Positions 40,630 through 55,079 of a stretch of DNA of 64,000 bases are shown here, piece by piece. This stretch comes from the human T2T-CHM13v2.0 reference genome, Homo sapiens. The notes under the pieces are model-generated. The model was not told the origin of the DNA. It worked only from the letters and a program-made list of their open reading frames with translations, and searched no databases. The stretch lies in assembly GCF_009914755.1 (NCBI RefSeq), contig NC_060925.1; one strand, written 5' to 3'. Within the stretch, counting starts at the first letter, position 1; each line of letters starts with the position of its first letter. The position numbers were made by a program, and so were the translations under genes.

Positions 40630-41039
40630 ATGAACTAATCAGTATTCAACTGGAGAAAAATAACCAGTAGGTGAAAAATATTGAGATACTTATTGCAAGA
40701 TATTGGGTTATGAACTGTGAGGGCTGGCTAAGAAAACCTGGAATAAATAGAGCAGGCCATCAGGAAGGGCATTGCAGAACTCTTGGATATGAGAGCTAAA
40801 CTTGTTATCCAAAGACCAAATTTATTTTTCTGGGAAGCCTCCATTCTGTTCTTAAAGTGTTTCAACTTGTTAAATCAGACCACTTAGATTATTGAGGATA
40901 ATCTCTCTTATTTGAAGTCAGCATGTTATGGGCTTTAATCACATTTAGAAAATATATTCACAGCAACCTTAGATTACTGTTTGATTGGGTAACTGGGAAC
41001 TGAGTCTCACCACGTTGATGGACAATATTGACCATCGCA
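40630..41039 (-). mobile_element. MLT2D/E-like ERVL LTR
   Basis: gaggataatctctcttatttgaagtca...ttcacagcaacc.tagatta...attgaccatcgca. Confidence 0.75.
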
Positions 41040-41141
41040 CTGGGGGAAAATATTCTAGGCAGAGGAATGGGTTAGTGACAAAATTCTGAAGGAAGACGTC
41101 TAGCTTATTCCTGGAACAAGAGGACCATGTGTTTTGGATGA

Positions 41142-41488
41142 TGTTTTAGTAAGCCCATGCTGCTACAACAAAATATTATAGGTTAGGTTCTTTATAAACA
41201 TTGTAAAAAATGAAATTTACTCCTCACAGTTCTGGAGGCTGGTTGGAGTCTGGTGAAAACCTATTTCCAAGTTGCAGACTGATGATTTCTTGTTGTACCC
41301 TCATGTGGCACAAAGAGAATGAGAGAGCTCTCTGGGGCCCCTTTTATAGGGGCACTAATCCCATTCTTGAGAGATCCACTCTCATGACCTAATCACCTCC
41401 CAAAGTTTCTACCTCCTAATACCATCACACTGTGGCTTGGATTTCAACATATGAATTTTGTGGAGACACAAACCTTCAGTACATTGCA
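41142..41488 (-). mobile_element. MLT1A0-like MaLR LTR
   Basis: TG...CA ends, ctcacagttctggaggctgg, TSD gatga/gatca. Confidence 0.88.
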
Positions 41489-44437
41489 GATCAAATGAGT
41501 GACATGGAGAATGGTGGGAAATTAAATAAGAGGGAAAACTAAATGGCTCGATGAATGTAGGGTCTTGTGGGTTATAGTAAGAAGTTGGGTTTACACTCTC
41601 AGGTTAGACATTGCGGGGTGCTGAGAGGAACTGATATGATCTGAATTATACTTTATGTTATCACGCTGGCTTCAATGTTCAGACTAGACAAGGACAAATG
41701 CATTGGGAGGCTAGACAATAACTCATGATAGCAGTGAGAGTGATGTGGAGTTTAAATATTCAAATTGTATTTTGAAAGCAGAGCCATAAATATTTGCTGA
41801 TGGACTGCATAAGAAATATGAGTAAAGTGTAAAAATAAAAGTCATTCCAATATTTTGGCTACAGCAACCATTAGCAAAGAAGGGCAAGACTTTATGAACT
41901 TTATTTAGCAAAAGTCAGAAGCTCAGTTTTGCATTTGTAGCATGTCAGATGCCTATTAACTATCTAAATTAAGATGCTAGATTGGTGGTTGTATATATAG
42001 GTCTGGAGTTCAAAGACTGTATCCCAGTTGAGATTCATCAGCTTATAAATAGGGTTTAAAGTTGTCAGTGTGAATCAGAAAACGGTAAGAAAAGCAAGAC
42101 ATTAATGTATATATTTTAGATTTTTAACTTGTCCTATTTTTTAAACCTTTTATGGCTTCTGATTGATTTTCAAGGTATCATACATACATAGTAATTTGAA
42201 ATGTTCTATATTGTATAAAATGACATAAAAGTCACTCATCTCACCACTCAGGTCATGAATAATATTAAATTTTGACATGGTTTCTTACAAATTCTCTCTA
42301 TACATTTTATTTCTTCAATGCCTTGAAATCATAGAACATATGAATTTTTCTAATAATTATTTTGCTTAAAATTACATTTAAATATTACTTTAATAGCTGT
42401 ATAATATTCTATTGTATGTAATAGTTAACTCTTCAATGTTTTTATTTACTTTTTTATTTCTTCTGTGAAATGAATATAGTTGCAATGATTCATTCATAGC
42501 TATAAAAGTTTAATTATAGTTATATAGTATAATGCATTGTTATACAAATTTAGTCACAATTTTCACCTACTCAGTAATTGACAGAAGAGTTTGATAGTAT
42601 GTTTTACGGTCTTGTTAATCTGAAATTCTAGTTCATAAATGAAGATCAATATTTTAAAGGTGTGTTAAGTAACAAAAGCACACACAAACCAGAAATGTGT
42701 GTGTTGTAAATGAAAAGAAATAATCTCTTTTCAGCAAAACTAAGCAATCGAAAGTGATTAGAATAGCCTGTTCACTGCAGCAGAATGATAGAGACTCCGT
42801 GTAATTTAGATGGCCTACTTCCTAGAAATAAATGAGAAAAGCTGCTTAAATATGTGTGGCACCTAAGATAGGGGAAATGATGTCTAGACGCTTTTTTATC
42901 TTCCTATTTCATGAGTAGAAAAGTTCTCAAACATCCTCAAACTTATTCTCACTAGACATGCATCTAAGGCCTAATTCTCAAAACACCAATTTCTGAGCTT
43001 TAACCTACCAAGGAATCTTCCATCCCTAGTGAGCAATTTCTACTTTTGCAAAATGGCAGAAAATGTCACATTTGACAACTACTTACAAAACTTAGTTTCA
43101 CTCAAAAGAGGGCTATTTGTGAAAGAAATTCAAACACATACTGAGACCTGTTAAAGTCTAAAATGAGATTGAAACAAGTCTTTTTGAGCTGCTTGAGATC
43201 TTTTTACTCTATTGCCCTTTGGTTTCCTACATCATTATTGTTTTGGTTTTGCTGAATACTATTTCTTTCCTCATCTAACTGCTGGTTCCTGCCACTTTGA
43301 TCCTTGCATAAAAGCATCCAGTCTATGATGAGTCAGTTTAATTTGGTACTTTATCCAGGAAATCCTTTTTTTCAAATTTCAAATTGTATTTTAGATTCTT
43401 ACTTATATGATGGCATTGGTATTTTCTCATCAACTTGTGGGATTGTTTTAATGGGGCTGTTGCTGAATAAGTGGCAGGTGTGCAAATAATTGCTTCCAAA
43501 ATAATTAATTTCCTATAATCTACCTAAATGTAAGGGGTATGATATTTCCTTGATGATACCAACAGTTCTGAAAAAAAAACAAATGCAAAAAAAGTGAATA
43601 TTATTAATATCTAATTGCAAATAATACACATCAAAACTAAAGCCTGGGAAGTCATTTTAATGTAAATATCAGTAAAGCCAAAAAATCAAGACTCATGGAT
43701 TTAAATAAGAAATCAGTTTAAAGAGATATATATTCTCTAGCAAAATTTTCTTCAGGAGAAAATGAAATACTTATGTTAGATACCATACATGTTAGCTCTC
43801 TTATTAGTTTATCTACACTGTTAGCAATACAATCTGGTTTAAAATGAGAAAACTTCCAAATCTGTCATTTGGTAAAACCACCTCAATTTCAACTGAAATA
43901 CTCTCAAAAACCAAAAGTGAAAACCAGAAAACACCAAAATAAGGCCAATTATCCCAGCAAACAAGGTAGGCACACAGACTAATTTAAATTTTCATGGGCT
44001 TGGATGATAGTTGATTCATAATATTAGTATAATTTAATTCATCTAGTATAGTACAGTGCTACATAAGACTCATATTTTATGGGGAAAAATGCTATGTTTT
44101 TTAAGAAAAATCTTTTTGTTTCAAAAATGAAAACTTTTTTTTATTAAAATAGGCTTGTCTCCTTTGAAGAGGCAAATCTTAACAGGAGAACCTAGAGTTT
44201 ATTGATAATATTATTAAAAGCAGAACAAGGAATGGTTCATGAAAGAGAAGGAGAGAAGCTAGCTATAAGAAAGGAAATAGCACATTCAAGGGTCTGAATT
44301 TAGTTTATAAATTTGAATGAATTTCCTACATCAGCCGGTCAAATTTGTATTACTTTTAAATGAGGGAATTAGATTTGATACCTTCTAAGTCTTTACAGTT
44401 CTCAGGTTTAGTAATTCCATGAAAACTGGTAAACGTT

Positions 44438-44850
44438 TGATATGATTTGGATCTGTGTGCCTGCCCAAATCTCACTTCAAATTGCAATTCCCAGTGTTGG
44501 AGCTGGGGCACGGTAGGAGGTGATTGGATCATGGAGCCAGTTTCTCATGAATAGTTTAACACCACTCCCCTTTGTGCTATTCTCCTGGTGGTGAATTAGT
44601 TCTCATAAAATCTGGTTGCTGAAAAGTATGTAGCCCACCCCCCACTCTATTCCTCTTGATCTGGCCCTGTGAAGTCCCTGCTTCCCCTTTGGCTTCTGCC
44701 ATCATTGTAAGTTCCTGAGGCCTCCCAGAAGCAGAAGCCCATATGCTTCCTATACAGCCTGCAGAACCATGAGCCAATTACACCTTTTTTCTCTTTAAAT
44801 TACCCAGTCTCAGGTATGTCTTTATAGCAATATGAGAACAGACCAATACA
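44438..44850 (+). mobile_element. MSTA MaLR solo LTR
   Basis: TGATATGATTTGGATCTGTGT...GAACAGACCAATACA. Confidence 0.92.
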
Positions 44851-45069
44851 ATCCTGTGTTATTCAAATATCCAATGAAGAGGGGGTGAGATAGAGATGAT
44901 GATGGTGGGTATTAAAGAGCTGGGATGTAGGTCAAGGAGCAGTGTTCCTTTCATGGGATCTGCCTTACATATTCACAAGCCGATCTATTGCTAGTGTTCT
45001 GAATATTGTAACCCACTATGTAAATGGCAGTTATTAGCAGAGCATTTAGTCATCTTTGGAGTCTAAAAT

Positions 45070-45219
45070 TATATATATGTATATATATATGTGTATATAT
45101 ATGTGTATATATATATGTGTATATATATATGTGTATATATATGTATATATATGTGTATATATATGTATATATATATGTATATATATATGTGCATATATAT
45201 GTGTATGTGTATATATATA
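45070..45219. repeat. (TA)n/(TATATG)n expansion at the Alu tail
   Basis: Repeated tgtgtatatata-type units. Confidence 0.95.
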
Positions 45220-45515
<296 letters not shown>

Positions 45516-45619
45516 TAAAATTATATTTTTATTGCTTAAAAGTGCTTTGAAATTATTATTTCTGTGGTATTTAAACATCAAGGATTATAGCCATTGAGAA
45601 AGAAAGTTCAAACTAGAAT

Positions 45620-45820
45620 CAAGCTAAGTACAGATAAACAAAAGAATTGAAGTTCAAATACTGGTTCTGACGATTAGTAAACATAAAATCTTCAGCAAAT
45701 TACTTTCTCTTTGTAGACCTCATTATCCTCACCTATAAAACAGGAATAATAAGATTTGTATTAGAGAAGTACTGTGAAACTCACATGAGATATTTATGAA
45801 AACATTTTCACAAGTGCATA
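45620..45820 (+). mobile_element. MIR
   Basis: gttcaaatactggttctg...cctcattatcctcacctataaaacaggaataat. Confidence 0.75.
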
Positions 45821-46007
45821 TAGATGCATGCTTCTTAAATTCTCTTAAATTCTCAACTTTCCTCTGACCTTCACCATCTTATCCATTTGTCATAGATATC
45901 TGTTAAATCTACTTCACAAATATCTCTCACATCTCATCTTTTTCTTCGCCATAGTTTAGTTTGAGCCTTCATTACTTATTTTAAACTGAGAATGTAAACT
46001 AACAACA

Positions 46008-46400
46008 TTATATACCCACTTCTGGGTATATATCCAAGAGAAATAAAATTACTATCTTGAGGAGATATTTGTACTTCCATATTCACTGCAGCATTATTTA
46101 CAATAGCCAAGATATGGAAACAGCCAATGTTTCCATTGATGGATATATTTGTGTGTGTGTGGGGGGGTGGGTGTGTGTATTTATGCACATATGCATACAT
46201 ACATACATATAGATGCACATGCATACAACATAATTTCTTTATCCATTTTACATATTGTGGTACATATGTAATGGAATACTATTCAGTTGTTTGCAACAAC
46301 ATAGAAGAACTGGTAGTACACTCTGCTAAGTGAAATAAGCCAGAATCAGAAAGGCAAATACTGTATGATTTTACTTATATGTAGAATTTTTTCAAAAAAG
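46008..46400 (+). mobile_element. L1MA/MB ORF2 3' fragment with internal inverted patch
   Basis: cccacttctgggtatatatccaa...gcagcattatttacaatagccaagatatggaaac. Confidence 0.85.
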
Positions 46401-46515
46401 ACTGGGTGTAGTGGCTCATGCCTAGAATCTCAACACTTTTGGTGAGTGAAACAAGAGGATCACTTGAGTACAGGAGTTTGAGACCAGCCTAAACAACATC
46501 AGGAGACCTCCCCCC
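46401..46515 (+). mobile_element. FLAM / Alu left-monomer fragment
   Basis: gtggctcatgcct...ggatcacttgag..caggagtttgagaccagcct. Confidence 0.8.
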
Positions 46516-47362
46516 GACATTGAGACATACTTGTAGAATCTCTATGAAGTGAGTATCATTCTCACAGAAATTTGTGAAAAATTAAAGACATAAAAGTTAT
46601 GTAAGTTGTCCATAGTACTTTAGGTTAGAGAAAACAATGAAATTTAGAGCATGCATTTTGTTTTGCCTTTGAAAATATCTATCATCTTGTTTATCAATTT
46701 CAGTAGAACTTCAGTAAATTTCACCATTAGTATGTGAGATCAAAATCTTACATGAAAAACAGCTTACTATTAAAATACTTTGGTTGTATTTAACATTAGA
46801 GATGGGGAAAAATCTAAGAAGCTACTGTATGCTTTTTTGCTTCCACTGGTTGCTCTTGAGTATTTGCCAGATTTTCAAAACGATCATCAAAAGTTAGCAT
46901 TACTTTTTTTTTAGAGCAAAACTTTTATTTAACTACTGACTACTGATTTTCAAGTTTCTGTTAGTTTCCATATAACTACATGCACAGTTGTCAGATGTTT
47001 AAAGCAATCGAACCTAAATTGATGAGACTTTAAAAGGATTTGAATATGCTGACTAGTGTGGTTATTTCATGTCAAAAAAAAAAAGAAATAAATCTGCCCA
47101 ATCTAGTTAAAGGAGAGAGAAAAGCAAATAACAAGAAGATATTTTGATATTTCTCCAAAATAATGAGGGTGAAAATGAACACTTACTTCAAAACAAGAAG
47201 TATATTTTTAAATTAAACCTTATTGCTTCAACACAACCATATTGGCTACTGACTTTAGAGCAAACAGTTTATTTATATATTAGAGCTGTAATGTAAAAAA
47301 GATAAGAATAAAAATCTGAAGATATAATAATCCTAGCTTCTGCATGCTCTAAAGAATTAGCC

Positions 47363-47682
<320 letters not shown>

Positions 47683-48660
47683 TTAGCCAGTACCTAATAG
47701 GACATGGAGATACTCACAAATATATTCTTTATTGTTAAATCATGAGAAAACTAAAACAAAATATTACCAAAAAGATTGAATTAAAATAAGCTTCTAGAAA
47801 ATTCCTTAGATTATACATCTAATACAGTTTTAGTTTACATAAACAAAGCTGAACTTATTTTTACATGTAAATATTATATTACTGTAACTAAGAAGATAAG
47901 TCATTAAACAAGGTTGTAATTTCTGATGAAATTCCAGTTGCAAACTCATCACTCAGGAAACTCTGAAGCATAAATTAGACCCCAGAGTGTCCTACCTAGA
48001 GGAAAAGGACCTGGGTTTTATAACCCCAAATCTGTCATTAATTGTCTATAATCACTCTTGGAGAGATAAATATGGGTACAATATTTTCTAAGCATTTTTG
48101 GGTTTTCATACGTAGGCAGCTCCAGTGCTCAAAGGCATTCATGTAAAGAAATGTATAAGTGCAAGCCCTTAGCTTAAAGCACACAGAAGCTTGCAGAGGG
48201 GTCCTGAGCTGAGAAAGTGATCCAAGGGGAATGGGGGTGGAGGAAGAGGGCACAAAAAATGGTCACTGTAGAAAAGCTCCATTAAAACACTTTTTTCTAT
48301 AACAACCCTATTACTAATCATAGGTGAATGAAAGAGCATTTTTAAATATTGCATTGGAAGAAAACAGATACTTAACCTACGTAAGATATTTAACCTACGG
48401 TTAAAATATCCTCCATAATCAAGGATTGAAATATACATTATTTATATACTTTAAGTGCAAATTCTGTCAATGAAGTTCCTGGATACCGCATATAGATTGG
48501 CCTGAACAACTACTGGAAAATCATTGAAGACACAGTTAATGTGGACGGGGATCTATGTGGCACTTCGAACAAAGGCATTTAGAGTATTCTTGAAGGCACT
48601 CTATGGAAAGTTGACCATGATAAATTTGTGTTGTTACGTTTTTCAGAAATTAATCTAGTC

Positions 48661-48950
48661 AGCCAGGCACTGTGACTCACGCCTTTAATTCTAGCACTTT
48701 GGGAGGCCGAGGTGGGTGGATTACTTGAGGTCAGAAGTTTAAGACAAGCCTGGCCAACATGGTGAAACCTTATCTCTACTAAAAATATAAAACAATTAGG
48801 CAGATCTGGTGGTGCATGCCTCTAATCCCAGCTACTTGGGAGGCTGCGGTGAAAGGATTACTTGAACCTGGGAGGAGGATGTTGGAGAGCCAAGATCGTG
48901 CCAGTGCACTCCAGCCTGGGTGACAGAGTGAGACTCTGTTTCAAAAAAAA
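48661..48950 (+). mobile_element. AluS-type
   Basis: Full dimer with A tail. Confidence 0.93.
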
Positions 48951-49159
48951 CCAAATTTTTTTCTGGTCATCAGAAATATGGGCCTTGCTTGATTTGAAGG
49001 AAAAAAAATACATGATTTTAGTAACTTCATACAAACTATTCTAATTATGGCTTTTCTGATAATGTAACATGAAAGCAATTTGAAGTACCAGTCCATGATT
49101 TTCATTACTTGCAGATGAACCATGATTATATTTTTCTTAGAGAAAGTATGAAATCATTT

Positions 49160-49400
49160 ATTTATTCATCAAATAATTCATAAATGCAAAACATGTATTA
49201 AGCAATTTGCTAGGTCTGCAATTTCATGCTACTTTTTAGTTTTGCTAATTTTTTTGCTATGTGTAAGATTTTTAGTTTGATGTAGTTTTACATTTATTTT
49301 AGATTCTGTTGCTTGTGCTTTTGCTAGCAGATCCCAAGAAGTTATTGTCTGGACTTAGGGACTAATGTCAAAGAGATTTTCCCTATATTTTCTTTTATTT
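49160..49400 (-). mobile_element. Old L1M ORF2 fragment
   Basis: ttttagtttgatgtagt...gttgcttgtgcttttg...ctaatgtcaaagagattttccctat. Confidence 0.7.
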
Positions 49401-50210
49401 GAAGACTGGGCAGCAAACAGACACATGAAAAAATGCACATCATCACTGGCCATCACAAAAATGCAAATCAAAACCACAATGAGATGCCATCTTACACCAG
49501 TTAGAATGGCGATCATTAAAAAGTCAGGAAACAACAGGTGCTGGAGAGGATGTGGAGAAACAGGAACACTATTACACTGTTGGTGGGACTGTAAACTAGT
49601 TCAACCATTGTGGAAGACAGCGTGTCGATTCCTCAAGGATCTAGAACCAGAAATACCATTTGACCCAGCCATCCCATTACTGAGTATATACCCAAAGGTT
49701 TATAAATCATGCTGGTATAAAGACACATGCACATGTATGTTTATTATGGCACTATTCACAATAGCAAAGACCTGGAACCAACCCAAATGTCCATCAATGA
49801 TAGACTGGATTCAGAAAATGTGGCACATATATACCATGGAATACTATGCAGCCATAAGAAAGGATGATTTCATGTCCTTTACAGGGACATGGATGAAGCT
49901 GGAAACCATCATTCTGAGCAAACTATCGTGAAGACAGAAAACCAAACACCGCGTGTTCTCACTCATAGGTGGGAATTGAACAACGAGAACACTTGGACAC
50001 AGGGTGGGGAACATCACACACTGGGACCTGCCTTGGAGTGGGGGGAGCGGGGAGGGATAGCATTAGGAGATATACCTAACATAAATGACGAGTTAATGGG
50101 TGCAGCACACCAACATGGCACATGTATACATATGTAACAAACCTGCATGTTGTGCACAGGTACCCTAGAACTTAAAGTAGAATAATAATAATAATAATAA
50201 TCGTAATAAA
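49401..50210 (+). mobile_element. 5'-truncated L1PA (about L1PA5) with ORF2 C-terminus and 3' UTR
   Basis: ORF track 49365-49931 matches the ORF2p C-terminus ([26 protein letters not shown]); G-rich 3' UTR; (AAT)n tail. Confidence 0.95.
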
Positions 50211-50657
50211 ACCAAAGTGTTTTTGTTTTTTTAAAGATGAAATTGAAAAGTCTTTGGTGAGGCTAACCATGAGACAAAAAAGAGAACTTCAATAAATAAA
50301 ATGATAAATAAATAAAACAGGAGCCACTGTAAGAGATGCCACAGAAATATAAGGGATCATAAGAAACTATTATAAACAACTAAATGTCAACATATTGGAA
50401 AACTTAGAAGAAATGAATAGATTCTTTGAAATGTACAACCTACCAAGACTGACTGATGAAGAATCAGCACATTTTAACCAATGATGAGTAAAGTGATTGA
50501 ATCTTAAATCAAGTACCTCCCAACAATAAAAAGCCCAGGACCAGATGCCTTCATTGGTGAATTCTACCAATTGTTTAAAGAAGAATTAATGCCAATCCTT
50601 CTCAAAAACTTTCACAATCCTGAAGAGGAAAAAATGCTTCCAAACTCACCTCATGAA
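50211..50657 (+). mobile_element. Old L1M ORF2 fragment
   Basis: aacttagaagaaatgaatagattc...aaaagcccaggaccagatgccttcattggtgaattctacc. Confidence 0.85.
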
Positions 50658-50923
50658 AGGTATTTACATCATGAAGCCTCCTCTCTCATGAATGGATTAA
50701 TGACGACTATAAAAAGGCTGGAGGCTTGCTCTCTCTCATGAGCTCTCTCATCAAGGAATGGCTTCTGCCACATTATGATGCAGCAAGAGGGTCCTCACCA
50801 GATGTGGCCCCTCAATCTTGGATGTCCCAGCCTCTGAAACTGTGAATCAAGTGAACTTCTACTGTTTTTATATTACACAATCTCTAGTTTTCTGGTACAG
50901 CTGCAAAAAAATGAATTAAGACA
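50658..50923 (+). mobile_element. MSTD/MLT1A-like MaLR LTR, 5'-truncated
   Basis: ctcatgaatggattaatg...cctcaccagatg...tcccagcctctgaaactgtga...aattaagaca. Confidence 0.8.
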
Positions 50924-51124
50924 CACATGTCTGTCAAAAGCCCATGTCTCTACTGCTGTCACTGCCACAGAAATAAACTCATTTTACTTCTGCTTTCTAA
51001 AATCATCTAAGTACCTTTCATTGGCAGAATTTGAATAACACATAGAAACACAAAAGGTAACATAGAATGGAGTAAAATCAGATCACAAATAAACACTATG
51101 CAGCAAAGGGGAAAGAAACTTTAG

Positions 51125-51310
51125 AGAAGTCAAGAAGTCGGAGGATTTGTCTAGGGATTTAGGATCTAAGCCACTGGTGACACTAGCCACAACAATTTCA
51201 GTGGATGGATGAGTGAAGAAATCACATTTCAATGGTGAATTGAAGGTAATAACAGACTCACAGAGAATAGATGCTTACGTCAGGAGACTTTACCTTAATG
51301 AGAAATAGAA
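51125..51310 (-). mobile_element. L2 fragment
   Basis: cactggtgacactagc...aatttcagtgga. Confidence 0.45.
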
Positions 51311-53144
51311 GAGATATTTAATAATTAGTATTACAAATGGGACATGAAATTGAGTGATGTGTGTTCCCCCACTTTATTCATTATTTCTCTCTCCCTGCCT
51401 TTCCCTCTTCTCTCTTTCTCTCTGTCACCCTCTCATAAGTTAGCAAAAACGTGCAAAAATATTTATTAAGTAAAATAAATCATATCTAGTGGGAAAAGGG
51501 GGAAGTTCAAGAGATTCTGGAAGAAAGGGATAAATGATAGAGCAATATCCCTGAACAATTTAGAAGATAAAAATTAACGGTGAAATTGGCCAGTAGAGAA
51601 AACTACCCTTGGCTTTTTTTTTTTTTTCTTCCTTAGCAATGCTACTAATCTCTCCTACCTCACTCTGCCTGTAAGCATTGTTTACTTTGTTGAATTCTGT
51701 TAGTGGAAAGAGTTCTTGCTCATTTTACATTTTAATACAGAAGTATTTTCAGATTGATTTTCTTCTGAAAAAAAACCTCACTATTCCGTAGAATTTAGTG
51801 TATTATATGGGAGTCCTGTGTTTAATTATTGATCATCCCACTTTTCCCCCATTTTAAAAATCACATGACTCTCTCTGATACTGAAAATGGTCTCTTTTTT
51901 GGTTTGTTAATTGTTTTTCTATTTTGTTTCTACTATTTTGTAGACTAAAGTAGTATACTAGTTCTATGCAACTGCTATTATGAAGACTATATTTCAGAAA
52001 TATAACTATTTATTTCAATCAATACCTAAATCCTAATCCCTTTAAAAAGGAGTTTTCTGGTAGATTCTTGTCACCTACCAAAAATTTAGAAGTTTGGTTT
52101 TACAATTACATGAAAAAGAGTATTAATCCAGACTTTCTCTTCACCTTATAGAAATACACTAGATAAATAGTAATGGTTATTGGCATGTATCTTCTTTTGT
52201 AGTATGTATTCTTATGAACTTTATATTTTATTTCTACATAGGCTTTTTCAGTGTCACGATTCCAGAAATATTTATGTAGCTTTAATTTCTTAATGAAAAT
52301 ATAGTTTGGAGTATGGAAAGCCATCTGACTTAGCATGAGGAATCATAGTCCTTGATGCACCTATGACTACATCTATGACTTCAAACATATCGCTTTATTT
52401 CTATGGAATTCAGTTTTTCACTATTTAAATGATAATAATACTTATTTGATTTTTTCTTAAAAGTTGGTTATTTCTATGGACAGTAAGTGAAATTTGTGAT
52501 TGAGGACCCTAGCAAAACTATCTGTTAATTCCACCCATGTAGATGAAAATTAAACCAGCATCAGGTCATGGGCTGAATGAAATGTCTTTCTGGGTTACTG
52601 AAGAGATAGAGAAAGACATATTGTCTCGTGACACCCAGGGACAGGCTTTACTTTCTCTCTGAATGAGAATGTAGCCTTGCTGATATTACATTGGTTTCAG
52701 AGAAAGGAAAGCCGGATATTTGAAAATGCTTAAATGAAAATAACATATTTTCCCAACATTTCTTCTGATAAAGTGTTGTAAGCCCATATTTACATGAAAT
52801 GACAGTGTGTAAAAAATATTATGTTGTTTTATCAACTCTGATAATTTCTCTCCATGGAGAAATCATCACATAGTTAGGGAAAATGGCTACCAGGAAGAAG
52901 GAACTTCAGTTATATCTTCTCCTCTATGTCATCACCGTACTAGCTTTATTTATTTTTTAATCTGTGGCTTAATAAGTTGGCTGTAACTGTATTTGTTTTC
53001 TTTCTGCCAAAGCTTAAATTGCTTGAAATGCTGCAGCCAGAAGTGATATAATAGAAATAGACTTTGAAAAATTAAAAGTGTCTGGTACACATTCAAAGCA
53101 AAGCATATACTCTTAGGACTGGAAGATATTCAAGAAGATTCAAG

Positions 53145-53457
53145 AGTGAGGTGGGGGCATTGGGGAGATGTTGGTCAATGAACACACAATTTCAGTTGGG
53201 CAGGAGTAATAAGTTCAAGGTATCTACTGTGCATCATGATGACCACAGCTAATAACAATACATTGTACACTTTAAAAATTGCTAAGTGGGTAGATTTGAA
53301 GTGTTCTCACCATGAAAAAATGATAAGTATGTAAGGTAATTTATATGTCAAGCAACTTAATTTAGCCATTTCACAATATCCATGTACCAAAACATCATGT
53401 TGTTCACCATGAATACATATAATATTTGTCAATTAAAAAATAAATAAAAATAAAAAA
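53145..53457 (+). mobile_element. L1MA6/7-like 3' UTR
   Basis: ggggagatgttggtcaa...aattgctaagtgggtagatttgaagtgttctcacca, A tail. Confidence 0.88.
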
Positions 53458-54783
53458 TTTGAGATATCAGTTTTTTAGTATTTTTGCATGGCATTGATAT
53501 TTGGAAATTCACCTAGATATGTCATATTTTGAAAAACAGTACTTACTGTATCAGTAATGAAGACATAATATTGTAAAGAAAAATGTTTTTAGCTGAGATT
53601 TACATTCCTATTAAAAAATTCCCTTTATATAGAAAGGCAAATCAAGATATGCATTTTAAACTGTTTTCTGGTAAGCCTCTGTTTCTCTTCTACAGATTAA
53701 ACTCAATAAACACAATTGAGAATGTCACTTGTGGGTGTACATCTTGAGAATTAATGGTGTAATGATGGGGCAGTGGATTGGATTTGCTCATATGCATTAA
53801 GAAAATCTAAGATTCAATCCTCAGAGGCCATTGGGATGGATCCATAGGGATGCAATGAATTACCGCCTGGTCTGAATATTTTTATTTTCTAATTCTCACT
53901 GGTGCTCTGGATTCCCAAAGATTTCGCGGTCCTAGAAAAATCAGCATGTTCTACTAGCACCTCAAACTAGAGTCTCTGTAGAAAATCTAGGCATTGACAT
54001 GCCATTCTGTAAATAGAAGGTACAGGTCCATTTGAAGAAGTTGCCAAAGCACTCATGTCAGGGATAAGAATAGGATTTGTTAGCAGAGATAAATTTGAAG
54101 CAGAACTTTTCTTGCAGCTTTGGAGTATACTCTAGGAGAGTTAAGAATTTTGTGACAGATTTGAGAATATGGGAACTTCTAAATTCAAAATAGAATGTCG
54201 AACTGAAATTAGCTCCATATACTATTGAGTGTTAAAAATGCTTGTCACAGGAAATTGTTCAAGTTAATGTGATGATAGTTTAGACATGTCCATTAGCCTA
54301 CCCATACCACTGGTTCAGCTATGATTTGAATTAAAATGCTCCTGTGTGAATACATACACAGAACATTTGAAAGCAATATTTCCCTACTTTTTCTTTACTT
54401 CTGCAAAAATTCTGAATATGATTTTAGAATGGCTGTGTTCCCTAAGGGTGTCAAAATGCAACAGAGTACTTTATGGCTTATGTTTATTTTTTTCTTTCCT
54501 TATGATAAATTATAGAATTACATTGTTGAATTCATTAGCAAATTTGTCTAGATATAGAATATAAAGTGTGCTTTTGTCAACATTAAACCAATATATTATT
54601 GGCAGTAATATGCATTAATATTGCTGTGAACTTATGCAATTAGAATGAGTCAAGTTACCCTACACATATTAACTATGTACTATAAAGTTTCTATGCTATA
54701 TCTGTTTTATTTTAATAGAGGCTGAACTCAATAAAAAATATATTACATGAATTTCTAAGGGAAGACCAAATTAATTCTTCTTC

Positions 54784-55079
54784 TTATTTTTTTTTTCACA
54801 GACAGAGTCTCACTCTCATGTAGGCTGGAGTGCAGTGTCCCCATTATAGTTCACCACAGCCTCAAACTCCTGGGCTCAAGTGGTCCTCCCGCCTTAGCTT
54901 CTAAAGTAGATAGGACTACAAGCCCATGCCACCACACTTGGCTAAGTTTAGGAATTATTTGTAGAGATGAAGTATCACTATGTTGCTCAGGCTGATCTTG
55001 AACTCTTGGCCTCAAGTGGTCCTCCTGTCTCAGCCTCCCAAAGCACTAGGAATACAGGTGTGAGTCACTGCTCCTGGCC
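54784..55079 (-). mobile_element. AluJ
   Basis: Diverged antisense dimer with ctcctgggctcaagtggtcctccc. Confidence 0.92.

Larger units (their letters stand above)
40340..42090 (-). mobile_element. L2a fragment interrupted by MLT2 and MLT1A LTRs
   Basis: Antisense L2 tail (atttattcattcagaaaatacttat) and body resuming after each LTR. Confidence 0.75.

Noticed and set aside
49365-49931. 188-aa ORF as a host gene
   Set aside because: It is the L1 ORF2p C-terminus from a truncated L1PA and ends at a premature stop.
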